A stretch of 64,000 nt of DNA. Source: the human T2T-CHM13v2.0 reference genome, Homo sapiens. Shown here one piece after another: positions 53,401 through 64,000 of the stretch. The notes under the pieces were generated by a model, which did no database searches, was not told the origin of the DNA, and saw nothing but the letters and a program-made list of their open reading frames with translations. The stretch lies in the NCBI RefSeq assembly GCF_009914755.1, contig NC_060938.1. One strand, 5' to 3'. Positions within the stretch are counted from its first letter, which is position 1, and each line of letters starts with the position of its first letter. The translations under genes and the position numbers were made by a program.

Positions 53401-53757
53401 TTATAAGTATTGGCACAGATGTATAGAAGTAGAACTCTTGTGCACTGCCTTGGAGAATGTAAAATTATGCAATCATTATGGAGGCAAAATAGAAACTTCT
53501 CAAGAAATTAAAAATAGAATTGTCATATGATCTAGTAATTCTACTTCTGACTATATATTAAAAAATTGAAAAAATGGGTCTCAAGGAGATAGTTGCACAC
53601 CCAGCTTTATTGCAGCATTATTCAGAATAGCTAAGTGGTGGAAACAAACTAAGTGGCCATCAATGGGTGAATAGATTAACAAAAATTTGATATATACATA
53701 CAATGGAGTATTATTTATCCTTACAAAAAGGAAATCCTTTCATATGTTACAACATTA
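50430..53757 (+). mobile_element. Old L1 (L1MA9-L1MB type): ORF1 piece, internal deletion, ORF2 RT to C-terminus; split by the LTR9-type LTR
   Basis: ORF1-like to about 50818 and ORF2-like thereafter. ORF 51875..52174 includes [10 protein letters not shown] and LFIDDMI (RT motifs). Confidence 0.85.
51319..51951 (+). mobile_element. LTR9-family (HUERS-P3 group, ERV1) solo LTR, 633 bp
   Basis: tgttataggagttattaagaaattattttaggcagatag...gagccatatca. Flanks GAAA/GCAA are a 4-bp TSD with one mismatch inside the L1 sequence gaacaag|gcaa|ggat. Confidence 0.78.
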
Positions 53758-54099
53758 ATTTGACCTAAGGCAGAGAGGTTGTATCATCAATAAATTCTGT
53801 CAGAGTAAGTGAGAAGTTTCTTATAATTGTTCCTATTTGTATGATTCTCACATTGAGAAGAATGTTCTGTAATTATTCACATAAAAACTTGAATTAATAA
53901 TTCCCCAAGCAGAGTAGCCATAATACCCAAACATTCAAAAGTAACCCCATTTTGAGTCTCAATCAGAGATTGAATTTCTAGCCTTGGTGATTTATAGAAG
54001 TAGGGTCTCTGTGTATAGGAAGGTTTCAGAGTAATATTTATAAAGTCCATAAGGTATTTATCTTACATACGCAGAACTAGGTCTCCTGGCTACAAAAAA

Positions 54100-54648
54100 T
54101 TAGAGTTTAGTTGAAGCACACAGAAATCTAAAAAAAAAAAAAAATGATTTATTTATGACAAAAGGTCTGAACCAAGGCCTTGTATTAGCTAGGTTACATA
54201 TCTATACCTTTCTTTGTCTCTTTTAATGAGTAAATATTTGATCCATCACCCTACAAAGTTTATTGAATATGAATTTACTGTTACCTAGGGTATGATCAAT
54301 CAAATGTAAGCATATCTTTTTTCCTGTGGGAGAGAGGGCCACTGACTATATCACAGGTCATTCTGTATAAGGTTATTTGGCCATGTAAGTGCAGGTAAAA
54401 ATATCATTGGCTGAAATTCTCTTATGTCTCATTGGATGACACTAGGATTTCCCAGATTGCTTATTCATAAAGATGTGGTATGGGATGGCATATCTAGCAG
54501 TCAGTAAGCTTGAAGACATTGACTACCATTTAGGATATTCTAAAAATGCCATTAGAAAGACTGTTTTGTACCCCCACAATAATAAAAAGAAGAGGGGGGA
54601 AAAAAGAAAAGGTATGTTATTGGGTGGACAACAATTTGCCGTCTACAG
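54100..54648 (-). mobile_element. Ancient MLT1J/K/L-type LTR remnant
   Basis: ttctcttatgtctcattgg... and aagaggggggaa...ttattgggtggacaac...gtctacag. Confidence 0.35.
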
Positions 54649-56006
54649 AAAGTCAGAAGAGTGATTATAAGCTAATAGAAAAAAAAACTAGATAAGGATT
54701 TTGGTTTGGAATCTTGGGTGGAAACCATACACTACTGAAGTCATTAGCTTGTTCTGAAGGTTCTAGGTTAAATATCTGCTTCCAGAGATTAGCTGCTACT
54801 GGAGAATCTCTGAGAATCTTGAGTTTATGGTACTCTGTTAGAGTATGATATAGTTTAGATGTTTGTCCCCAGTGGTGGAGGCGGGGCCTAGTAGGGAGGC
54901 ATTGGGTCATAAGGACAGATCCCTCATGAATCCCTTGGTGCTGTTCTTGTGATAGATAGTTAGAGAGTTCTCAAGAGATCTGCTTGTTTAAAAGTGTGTG
55001 CAGAGACCCAGGAATTTTATATACTCTAGCCTCAGGATCCCCCACAAGGCAGGAGGTCCATCCATACAGCCCCTAAGAAGGAAATCCAAAGAGCCAAGCA
55101 GGGTTATTCTGCAGGCCCCACTTCTGCAGCGCCTCACACGTTAAGACCCACTTGCTTAGAATTCCAGCCAGCCAACAGCAACAGGCTGGAGTCCGCCTGA
55201 GTCAGAACCAAGTTCTGGGAAGGCAGGGTGGCCACCAACTTTGCAGTTTGGTAGACTTAGTTGGTCCAGCCTGCACCTTTGGGAATACTAATGGTCCAGA
55301 CAAGGAAAGACCCCCCACGACAAAGCACAGCTGCGTTGCCAGATTGTAGCTAGACTGCATCTTTAAATGGGACCATGATTCATTCATCATCACTTGGCAG
55401 GACCTCCCTGAAGGTGTTTCAGCCACCTGCAAAAATCCTATGGACAGAGCTTTGATCTCTCCCTGGGATGGAGCTCCTGGTGGGAGGGGTGGCTGCCATC
55501 TCTGTGGTTCAGTCAATTCAACCATTCCAGCCTGCCAGCTTTGAAAGTCCAAAAGATCTGGACGAGAAAGGGTCCTCCCCAATAGAGCATACCTGCTGTA
55601 CCAAAAAGCGGCCAGACTGCTTCTTTAATTGGGTCCATGATCCCATTCCTCCTGACTCAGTGAGACTTCCCAAAAGGGGCTCTAACCACCTCTTACAGAT
55701 GTGTTCAGGCTGGCAACACATCAGTACTCCCTGGGACAGAGCCTCCAGAGGAAGGAGCCTCCATAGGAAGGAATTCTTTGCAGTTTCACAGACTTGACTG
55801 CATATATCTCCAGGCACAGAAAAAACCAAGGTGACTAGGGTCTGAAGCAGACCCACAGCAAGGTGTGGCAGCCCTACAGAAGAGTGGCCTGGTTGTTAAA
55901 AGAAAAACAAAATAACAGAAAACAACAACATCAATAGAAAGACCCCCAAAAAACCCCATTTAAAGTTTGGCAACCTCAAAGGTTGAAAGTAGATAAGCCC
56001 ACAAAG

Positions 56007-57019
56007 ATGAGAAAGAATCAATGCAAAAATGCTGAAAACTCAAAAAGCCAGAGTGCTTCTTCTCTAAATGACTGCAATGCCTCTTCAGCAAGGACACAGA
56101 CCTGGACTGAGGCTGAGATGGCTGAACTGATAGAAGTAGGCTTCAGAAGGTGGGTTAATAACAAACTTGGCTGAGCTAAAGGAGCATGTTGTAACCCAAT
56201 GTAAAGAGGATAAGAATCATGATAAGACAATACAGGAGCTGACATCCAGAATAGCCAGTTTAGAGAGGAATGGAGCCAACCTAATAGAGCTGAAAAGCAC
56301 TATGAGAACTTCACAATGCAATTACAAGTATTGATAGCAGAATAGACCAAGGGGAGGAAAGAATCTCAGAGTATGAAGACTATCTTTCTGAAATAAGAGG
56401 GGCATTTAAGAATAGAAAAAAAAAGAATGAAAAGAAATGAACAAAACCTCTGAGAAATATGGGATTATATAAAGAGATCAAACCTACAACTGATTGGGGT
56501 ACCTGAAAGAGACAGGAAGAATGCAACAAAATTGCAAAACATACTTCAGGCAATCATACTGGAAAAGTTTCCCAACCTAGCAAGAGAGACCAGCATTCAA
56601 ATTCAGGAAATTCAGAGAACCCCAGTAAGATACTCCACAAGATCAACCACAAGACACATAATCATCAGATTCTACAAGGTTGAAATGAAAGAAAAAATGA
56701 TAAGAGCAGCCAAAGAGAAAGGTGAGGTCACCTACAAAGGGAAACCCATCAGAATAACAGTGAACCTCTCAGCAGAAACCCTACAAGCTAGAAGAGATTG
56801 GGGACCAATGCTCAACATTCTTAAAAAAACATAATTTCCAACTCAGAATTTCATATGCAGCCAAACTAAGCTTCATAAGTGAAAGAAGAATAAAATATTT
56901 TTCAGATAAGCAAATGCTGAGCGAATTCACTATCACCAGGCCTGCCTTTCAAGAGCTCCTGAAGGGAGCATCACATATGGAAAGTAAAAACCAGTATCAG
57001 CTACTACAAAAACACACTG
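56007..57019 (+). pseudogene. L1 ORF1p remnant with frameshifts and stops
   Basis: Track ORFs give MRKNQCKNAENSKSQSA... and ...EKFPNLARETSIQIQEIQRTP...GKPIRITVNLSAETLQARRDWGP. Confidence 0.9.
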
Positions 57020-57087
57020 AAGTACACAGACTAGTGACACTATGAAGCAGCCACATAAACAAGTTTGCAAAATAAACAACTGGCAAC

Positions 57088-60000
57088 ATGATGACAGAAT
57101 CAAATCTACACATAACAATACAAACCTTAAATGTAAATGGGCTAAGTTCCTCAATTAAAAGACTGCAGGCAAGCTGAATAAAGAGCCAAGACTCTTTGGT
57201 ATACTGTCTTCAAGAGACCCATTTCACATTCAAAGACACACATAGGCTGAATAGAAAGAAATGGAAGAAAATTTACCAAGCAAATGGAAAACAGAAAAAA
57301 AAAACAGTTTTCAAGCCTAGTCTCTGATAAAGCAGACTTTAAACCAACAAAGATAAAAAAAATGCAAAGAAGGGTATTACATAATAATAAAGGGTTCCAT
57401 GACAAGAAGAGCTAACTATGTTAAATATATACACACCTAATCCAAGGGGACCTAGATTCATAAAGCAAGTTCTTAGAGACCTAGAAAGAGACTTAGATTC
57501 CCACACAAGAATAATGGGAGACTTTAACACCCCATTGACAATATTAAACAGATCATCAAGACAGAACATTAACAAAGATATTCAGGGCCTGAACTCAGCT
57601 CTGGATCAAGTGGACCTGACAGGTATATACTGAACTCTCCACCCCAAAACAACAAAATATACATACTTCTCATTGCCACACATCACTTACTCTAAAATTT
57701 GTGACATAATTAGAAGTAAATCACTCCTCAGCAAATACAAAAGAACTGATATCATAACAAATAGTCTTGCAGACCACAGGACAAGTGAATTAGAACTCAA
57801 GATTAAGAAATTCACTCAGAATTACACAACTACATGGAAACTGAACAACTTCCTTTTGAATGACTCTTGGGTAAATAATGAAATTAAGGCAGAAATCTCA
57901 TTTTTGAAACTAATGAGAACAAAGAGACAATATACTAGAATCTCTGGGATGCAGCTAAAGCAGTGTTAGGAGGGAAATTTATAGCACTAAATGCACACAC
58001 CAAAAAGCTAGAAAGATCTCAAATTAGCAATCTACTTAGAGAACCAAGAGCAAACAAACCCCAAAGCTAGCAGAAGACAAGAAGGAACCAAGATCAGAGC
58101 TAAACTGAAAGAGACAGAGACACGAAAAACCCTTCAAAGGATCAACAAATCCAGAAGCTGGTGTTTTGAAAAAATAATAAAACAGATAGACTGCTGGCTA
58201 GATTAATAAAGGAAAAAAGAGAGAAGAATAAAATAAACACAATAAGAAATAATAAGGGGGGAAATCATCGCGGACCACATAGATATACAAATAACCATCA
58301 CAGAATACTATAAATCCTTCTATGCATATAAACTAGAAAATCTAGAAGAAATACATAAATTTCTTGACACATATACCCTCCCAAGACTGAACTGTGAAGA
58401 AATTGAATCCCTGAATAGACCAAGAACGAGTTCTGAAATTGAGACAGTAATAAATAGCATACCCTATTAACCAATGAAAGCCCATAACCAGAGGGATTAA
58501 CAGCTGAATTCTACCAGAGAATTCAGATAAGAGATGGCACCATTTCTACCGAAACTATCCCAAGAACTTGAAAAAGAGGGACTAACTGATTCTATAATGC
58601 TTGCATCATCCTGATAATAAAACCTGGCAGAGATACAAGAACAACAAAACTTCAGGCCAATATCTTTGATGAACATCGATGCAAAAACTTTCAACAAAAT
58701 AGTAACAAACTGTACCCAGCTTTTCAAAAATAAGCTTTTTGAAATGCTTTTTCACCACAATCAAGTAGGCTTCATCCCCAGGATGTAAGCTTGGTTCAAC
58801 ATATGCAAATCAATAAATGTGATTCATCACATGAATAGAACTAAAGATAAAAACCACATGATTAGCTCAAGAAATAAAGAAAAGGACTTCAATATAATTC
58901 AACATCTATCATGGGAAATTCAGCCAGATATCGGGCGAAATTCACCCGTGATATTTCACATAGGTTCTTTTCTACTTTTCCTAGTGTTGGCTGGTCTGAG
59001 AAATAAAGGGACAGAGTACAAAAGAGAGAAATTTTAAAACTGGGTGTCCAGGGGAGACATTACATGTCGGCAGGTTCCGTGATGCCCCCTGAGCTGTAAA
59101 ACCAGCAAGTTTTTATTAGTGATTTTCAAAAGGGGAGGGAGTGTACGAATAGGGTGTGTGTCACAGAGATCATGTGCTTCACAAGGTAATAGAATATCAC
59201 AAGGCAAATGGAGGCCGGGCAAGATCACAGGACCACAGGACCGCGGTGAAATTAAAATTGCTAATGAAGTTGCAGGCACACATTGTCATTGATAACATCT
59301 TATCAGGAAACAGGGTTTGAGAGCAGATAACTGGTCTGACCAAAGTTTATTAGGTGGTAATTTCCTCAACCTAATAAGCCTGGGAGCACTACGGGAGACT
59401 GGGGCTTATTTCATCCCTACAGCTGTGACCGTAAAAGACAGCCACCCCTGAAGCGGCCATTTCAGAGGCCTACCCTCAGGGACGCATTCTCTTTCTCAGG
59501 GATATTCCTTGCTGAGAAAAATAATTCAGCCACATTTCTCCCATTTGCTTTTGAAAGAAGAGAAATATGGTTCTGTTCCGCCCAGCTTACCGGCAGTCAG
59601 AGTTTAAGGTTATCTCTCTTGTTGCCTGAACATTGCTGTTATCCTGTTCTTTTTTCAAGGTGCCCAGATTTCATATTGTTCAAACACACATGCTCTACAA
59701 ATGATTTGTGCAGTTAGCACAATCATCACAGGATCCTGAGGTGACATACATCCTCCTCAATTTACGAAGATGATGGGATTAAGAGACTAAAGTAAAGACA
59801 GGCATAGGAAATCATAAGGGTATTGACTGGGGAAGTGATAAGTGTCCATGAAATCTTCACAGTTTATGTTCAGAGATTGCAGTAAAGACAGGCATAAGAA
59901 ATTATAAAAGTATTAATTTGGGGAACTAATAAATGTCCATGAAATCTTCACAATCCATATTTTTCTGCCATGGCTTCAGCCAGTCCCTCCGTTCGGGGTC

Positions 60001-61990
60001 TCTTACTTCCCGCAACAAACATCCTTTCATGTCAAAAACTTTCAATAAACTAGGTATTGAAGGAACATACCTAAAAATAGAGTCATATTTGACAAACCCA
60101 CAGCTAATCTCATACTGAATGGGAAAAAGCTGGAAGCATTCCTTTTGAAAACTGGCACAAGACAAGAAAGCCCTCTCTCACCACTTCTATTCAACATAGT
60201 ATTAAAAGTTCTGGCCACAGCAATCAGGCAAGAGAAAGAAATAAAGGGTATTCAAGTAGGAATAGAGGAAGTCAATTTTTTTTTTCTTTTTGCAGGTGAC
60301 ATAATCCTATATCTAGAAAACCCCATTGTCTCAGTCCAAAAACTTCTGAAGCTGATAAACAACTTCAGCAAATTCTCAGTATACAAAGTCAATGTGCAAA
60401 AACTGTTAGCATTCCTATACACCAACAACAGGCAAGCAAAGAGCCAAATAATGAATGAATTCCCATTCATAATTGCTACAAAAAGAATAAAATACCTAGG
60501 AATACAGCTAACAAGGGAAGTGAAGGACATCTTCAAGGAGTACTACAAACCACTGCTCAAAGAAATTAGAAAGGGCATAAACAAATGGAAAAATATTCCA
60601 TGCATATGAATACAAAGAATCAATGTCTTAGAAATGGCCAGACTGCCCAAATTAATGTATAGATACAATGCTATATCCATTAAACTACCATTGACATTCT
60701 TCACAGAACTAGAAAAATTTATTTTAAAATTCATATGAAACCATAAAAGAGCCCAAATAACTAAGACAATCCTAAGCAAAAAGAACAGAGCTGGAGGCAT
60801 CAGGCTACCTGACTTCAAACTGTACTACAATGCTGCAGTAACCAAAACAGCAAGGTGCTGGTACAAGAGCAGTCACACACCAATGAAATAGAATAGTAAA
60901 CTCAGAAATAAGACCACACACATACATCTGACCTTCCACAAACCTGACCAAAATAAGCAAGGGGGAAAGGATATTTTATGTAATAAATTGTGCTGGGAGA
61001 ACTGGCTAGCCACATGCAGAAAACTGAAGCTAGACCTCTACCTTATACCATATAAAAAAATCAACTCAAGATGAATTAAGGACTTGAATTTAAAATCCAA
61101 AACTATAAAAAATCTGGAAGAAAATCTAGACAATACCATTCTGGGCATAAGCAAGGATTTAATGATGAAAACACCAAAAGCAATTGCAACAAAAGCAAAA
61201 ATTGGCAAGTGGGATCTAATTAAACTAAAGAGCAGGACAGCAAAAGAAACTCATTGGAGTGAACAGACAACCTACAAAATGGAAGAAAGTTTTTGCGTCA
61301 TATCTATCTGTCAAAGGTCTAATATCCAGAATCTACAAAGAACCTAAACAAATTTACAAGAAAAAAAACAAATAACTCCATTTAAAAGTGGGCAAAGGAT
61401 ATGATCAGACACTTCTCAAAAGAAGACCTATATGTGGCCAACAAACATATGAAAAAAAGCTCAACATCACTGATCATTAGAGAAATGCAAATCAAAACCA
61501 CAGTGAGATACCATCTCACATCAGTTAGAATGGCTATCATTAAAAAGTTAAAAAACAGCAGATGCCAGTGAGGTTGTGGGGACAAAGGAAGAGTTTTACA
61601 CTCTTGGTGGGAGTGTAAATTAGTTCAACCATTTTGGAAGACAGGGTGGTGATTCCTCAGAGACCTATAGGCTGAAATACCATTTGACCCAGCAATCTCA
61701 TTACTGGGTATATACTACAAAGAACACAAATCATTCCATTATAAAGATGCATGTACATGTATGTTCATTGTGGCGCTTTTCGCAGTAACCAAGACATGGA
61801 ATCAACCTAAATGCCCATCAGTGATAGACTGGATAAGGAAAACAGGGTACATATATACCATTAAATATTATGAAGCCATGAAAAGGAATGAGATCATGTC
61901 ATTTGCAGGGACATGGATGGAGTTGGAAGACATCTCCCTCAGCAAAATAATGCAGAAATAAAAATCCAAACACCATATGTTCTCACTTAT
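57088..61990 (+). pseudogene. L1 ORF2p remnant (EN-RT-C domain), disrupted and split by MER11
   Basis: Endonuclease motifs LNIYTPN and MGDFNTPL; RT region [18 protein letters not shown], with the catalytic FADD changed to FAGD; KYLGIQLT. Confidence 0.9.
58907..60017 (-). mobile_element. MER11 (HERV-K HML-8) solo LTR, MER11C-like, 1111 bp
   Basis: The minus strand begins tgttgcgggaagtaagagaccccgaacggagggac. Perfect 6-bp TSD AACATC at 58901-58906 and 60018-60023. Confidence 0.92.
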
Positions 61991-62719
61991 GAATGGGAGC
62001 TGAATGGTGAGAACACATGGACACATAGGGGAGACCAAAACACAGTGGAGCCTGTCAGGGTAGAGGTGGGGGGAGGGAGAGCATCAGAAAGAATAGCCAA
62101 TGAATGCTGTGCTTAATGCCTAGGTGATGGGATGATCTGTGCAGCAAACCATTATGGCACACATTTACCTATGTAGCAAACCTGCACATCCTGCAAATGT
62201 ACCCCTGAAGTTAAAATAAAAGTTGAAAAAAGAAAAAAAAATGTGTGTGGCAACTCCCCCCTTTGTCTTGCTCACACTCTCATCACGTGAGGTGACTACC
62301 CCTGCTTCACCTTCTGCCATAATTGTTCCTGAGGCTGTCACCAGAAGCAGATGCTGGAGCCATGTCGGTGCAGCCTGAAATACTGTGAGCCAATTAAACC
62401 TCCTTTCTTTATAATAACCCAGCCTCAGGTATTTTTTAATAGAAATGCAAAAGGAGCCCCCAAACCAGAGTTGCTTTTTAATTGTGTGTAATTCTTAGGG
62501 TGGCCTAGAAAAAAATCACTGTTCATTCATCATTTTACAGAGGCCATGTCACAGAAGGAACTGTACTCACTGTATCCACCTAGTTTACCCTTTGGCTGGA
62601 AATATTAGAAAATGTAAAACAAGATATTTCATCATAGTATAATGTCTTCACAAATTTTTCAAATGAAAAGAAAATGCAGCTGTAACCAAAGTTGTTTTCT
62701 CTGTGACACATTTGTTATT

Positions 62720-63716
62720 GAGCTCTGCACAGCAAAATAATCTATCAACAGAGTACACAGACAAGCTACAGGATGGGAGAACATTTTTGCAAACTATACA
62801 TCAGACAAAGGTTTGATTTCTAGCATCTATAAGGAACTTAAACAATTTTATAAGAAAAAATGAATAACCCCATAAAATAGTGAGCAAAGGACATGAACAG
62901 ACACTTTTCAAAAGAAGACATATATGTGGCCAGCAAATGTATGAAAAAAAGCACACATGAAAGAAAGACCATTAGAGAAATGCAAATCAAAACCACAATG
63001 TAATACCATCTCATACCAATCAGAATGGCTATTACATAAAAAGTCAAAAAACAACAGATATTGTCGAGGTTGTGGAGAAAAAGAAATGCTTATACACTGT
63101 TGGGGGTGTAAATTAGTTCAACCGTTGTGAAAGACAGAGGGTGATTCCTCAGAGACCTAAAGGCAGAAGTAATATTTGACCCAGCAATCCCATTACTGGG
63201 TATACACCCAAAGGAATAGAGATTATTATGTTATAAAGACACAGGCACGTGTATGTTCACTGAAACACTATTCACAATAGAAGACAGGGAAAAAAAACCT
63301 AAATGCCCATCAATGATAGACTGGATAAAGAAAATGTGGTACATATATACCATAGAATACTAGGCACCCATAAAAGAGGAACAGATAATGTCCTTTGCAG
63401 GGACATGGATAGAGCTGGAGGCCATTTTCCTTAGAAAAACTAATACAGGAACAGAAAATCAAATACTCCATGTTCTCACTTGTAAGTGGGAGGTAAATGT
63501 TGAGAACATATGGACACACAATGGAAAACCACAGACACTGGGGCCTATCTGAGCATGAAAAGTGGGAGAAGGGAGAGGATCAGGAAAAATAACTAATGGA
63601 TACTAGGCTTAATACATGAGTGGTGAAATAATCTGTACAACAAAGCCCCATGACACAACTTTACCTATGTAACAAACCCGCATATATGCCCCTGAACTTA
63701 AAATAAAACTTAAAAA
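62720..63716 (+). mobile_element. L1PA13-16-type 3' ~1 kb fragment
   Basis: ctctgcacagcaaaa...tttcaaaagaagacata...gagaggatcaggaaaaataactaatgga...cccctgaacttaaaataaaa. Confidence 0.88.
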
Positions 63717-64000
63717 CAATTTAAACCACTTATCAATAGTGAGTTAATTAAATCATATTTAACTGAAGCAACTGAAGAAATGTTTCCAGAGAAAACAAAC
63801 TTTTTAAGAGTGGTTAGGCTTTTGGTGAGAACACCTGTTTGAATAGTTGTGGAAATTCTAAGCAACATAAATAATAAAGAAGAACAGCTCAAAGTAAAAA
63901 GCAAGACATGTAAAATAAACAAAATTTCAAGTAGCTTTCCTTGTGTCAAATGTTACAGATACTATTTAGTTACCGTTTTTTATTTGAAGCCTTAATGTCA

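Larger units (their letters stand above)
55001..62238 (+). mobile_element. Near-full-length, inactive L1PA (about L1PA10-12)
   Basis: It has a 5' UTR, ORF1 from the ATG at 56007, ORF2 from about 57088, a 3' UTR and poly(A). TSD AAAAGTGTGTG (54990-55000) and AAATGTGTGTG (62239-62249). Confidence 0.93.
54846..62467 (+). mobile_element. MSTB-type MaLR LTR split in two (54846-55000 and about 62239-62467) by the L1PA insertion
   Basis: 5' half tgatatagtttagatgtttgtcccc...gtttaaaagtgtgtg and 3' half tgtgtggcaactcccc...tgtgagccaattaaacctc. Outer TSD GAGTA (54841-54845) and GAGTT (62468-62472). Confidence 0.85.

Noticed and set aside
55001-62238. Possibly active LINE-1
   Set aside because: It has many stops and frameshifts, the RT motif FADD is changed to FAGD, and MER11 is inserted in ORF2.

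Overview
AT-rich primate (very probably human) non-coding genomic DNA. I find no protein-coding gene, RNA gene, CRISPR array or prokaryotic feature. The supplied ORFs are either decayed L1 ORF1/ORF2 pieces or chance frames in Alu, LTR or AT-rich DNA. Roughly half of the window is a layered record of transposable elements: ancient L2/MIR, DNA transposons (MER82-like, MER3, MER5A, Tigger1), MaLR/ERVL solo LTRs, old L1M pieces, six AluS copies and four primate ERV solo LTRs with recognisable target-site duplications (LTR12, LTR1-type, LTR9-type, MER11). The clearest structure is a three-level nest at 54.8-62.5 kb (MST LTR > near-full-length L1PA > MER11 LTR). The best lead for something undescribed is a candidate minus-strand exon at 40746-40878. 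It has a branch-point-like motif, a NAGNAG acceptor, a GTAAGC donor and a 29-codon ORF start in good Kozak context, and it may belong to a spliced lncRNA or micropeptide transcript. This is inference only, and I cannot support a claim of a new biological system. Repeat family names come from my recall of consensus sequences, not from a RepeatMasker run, so subfamily calls and the boundaries of old repeats are approximate.
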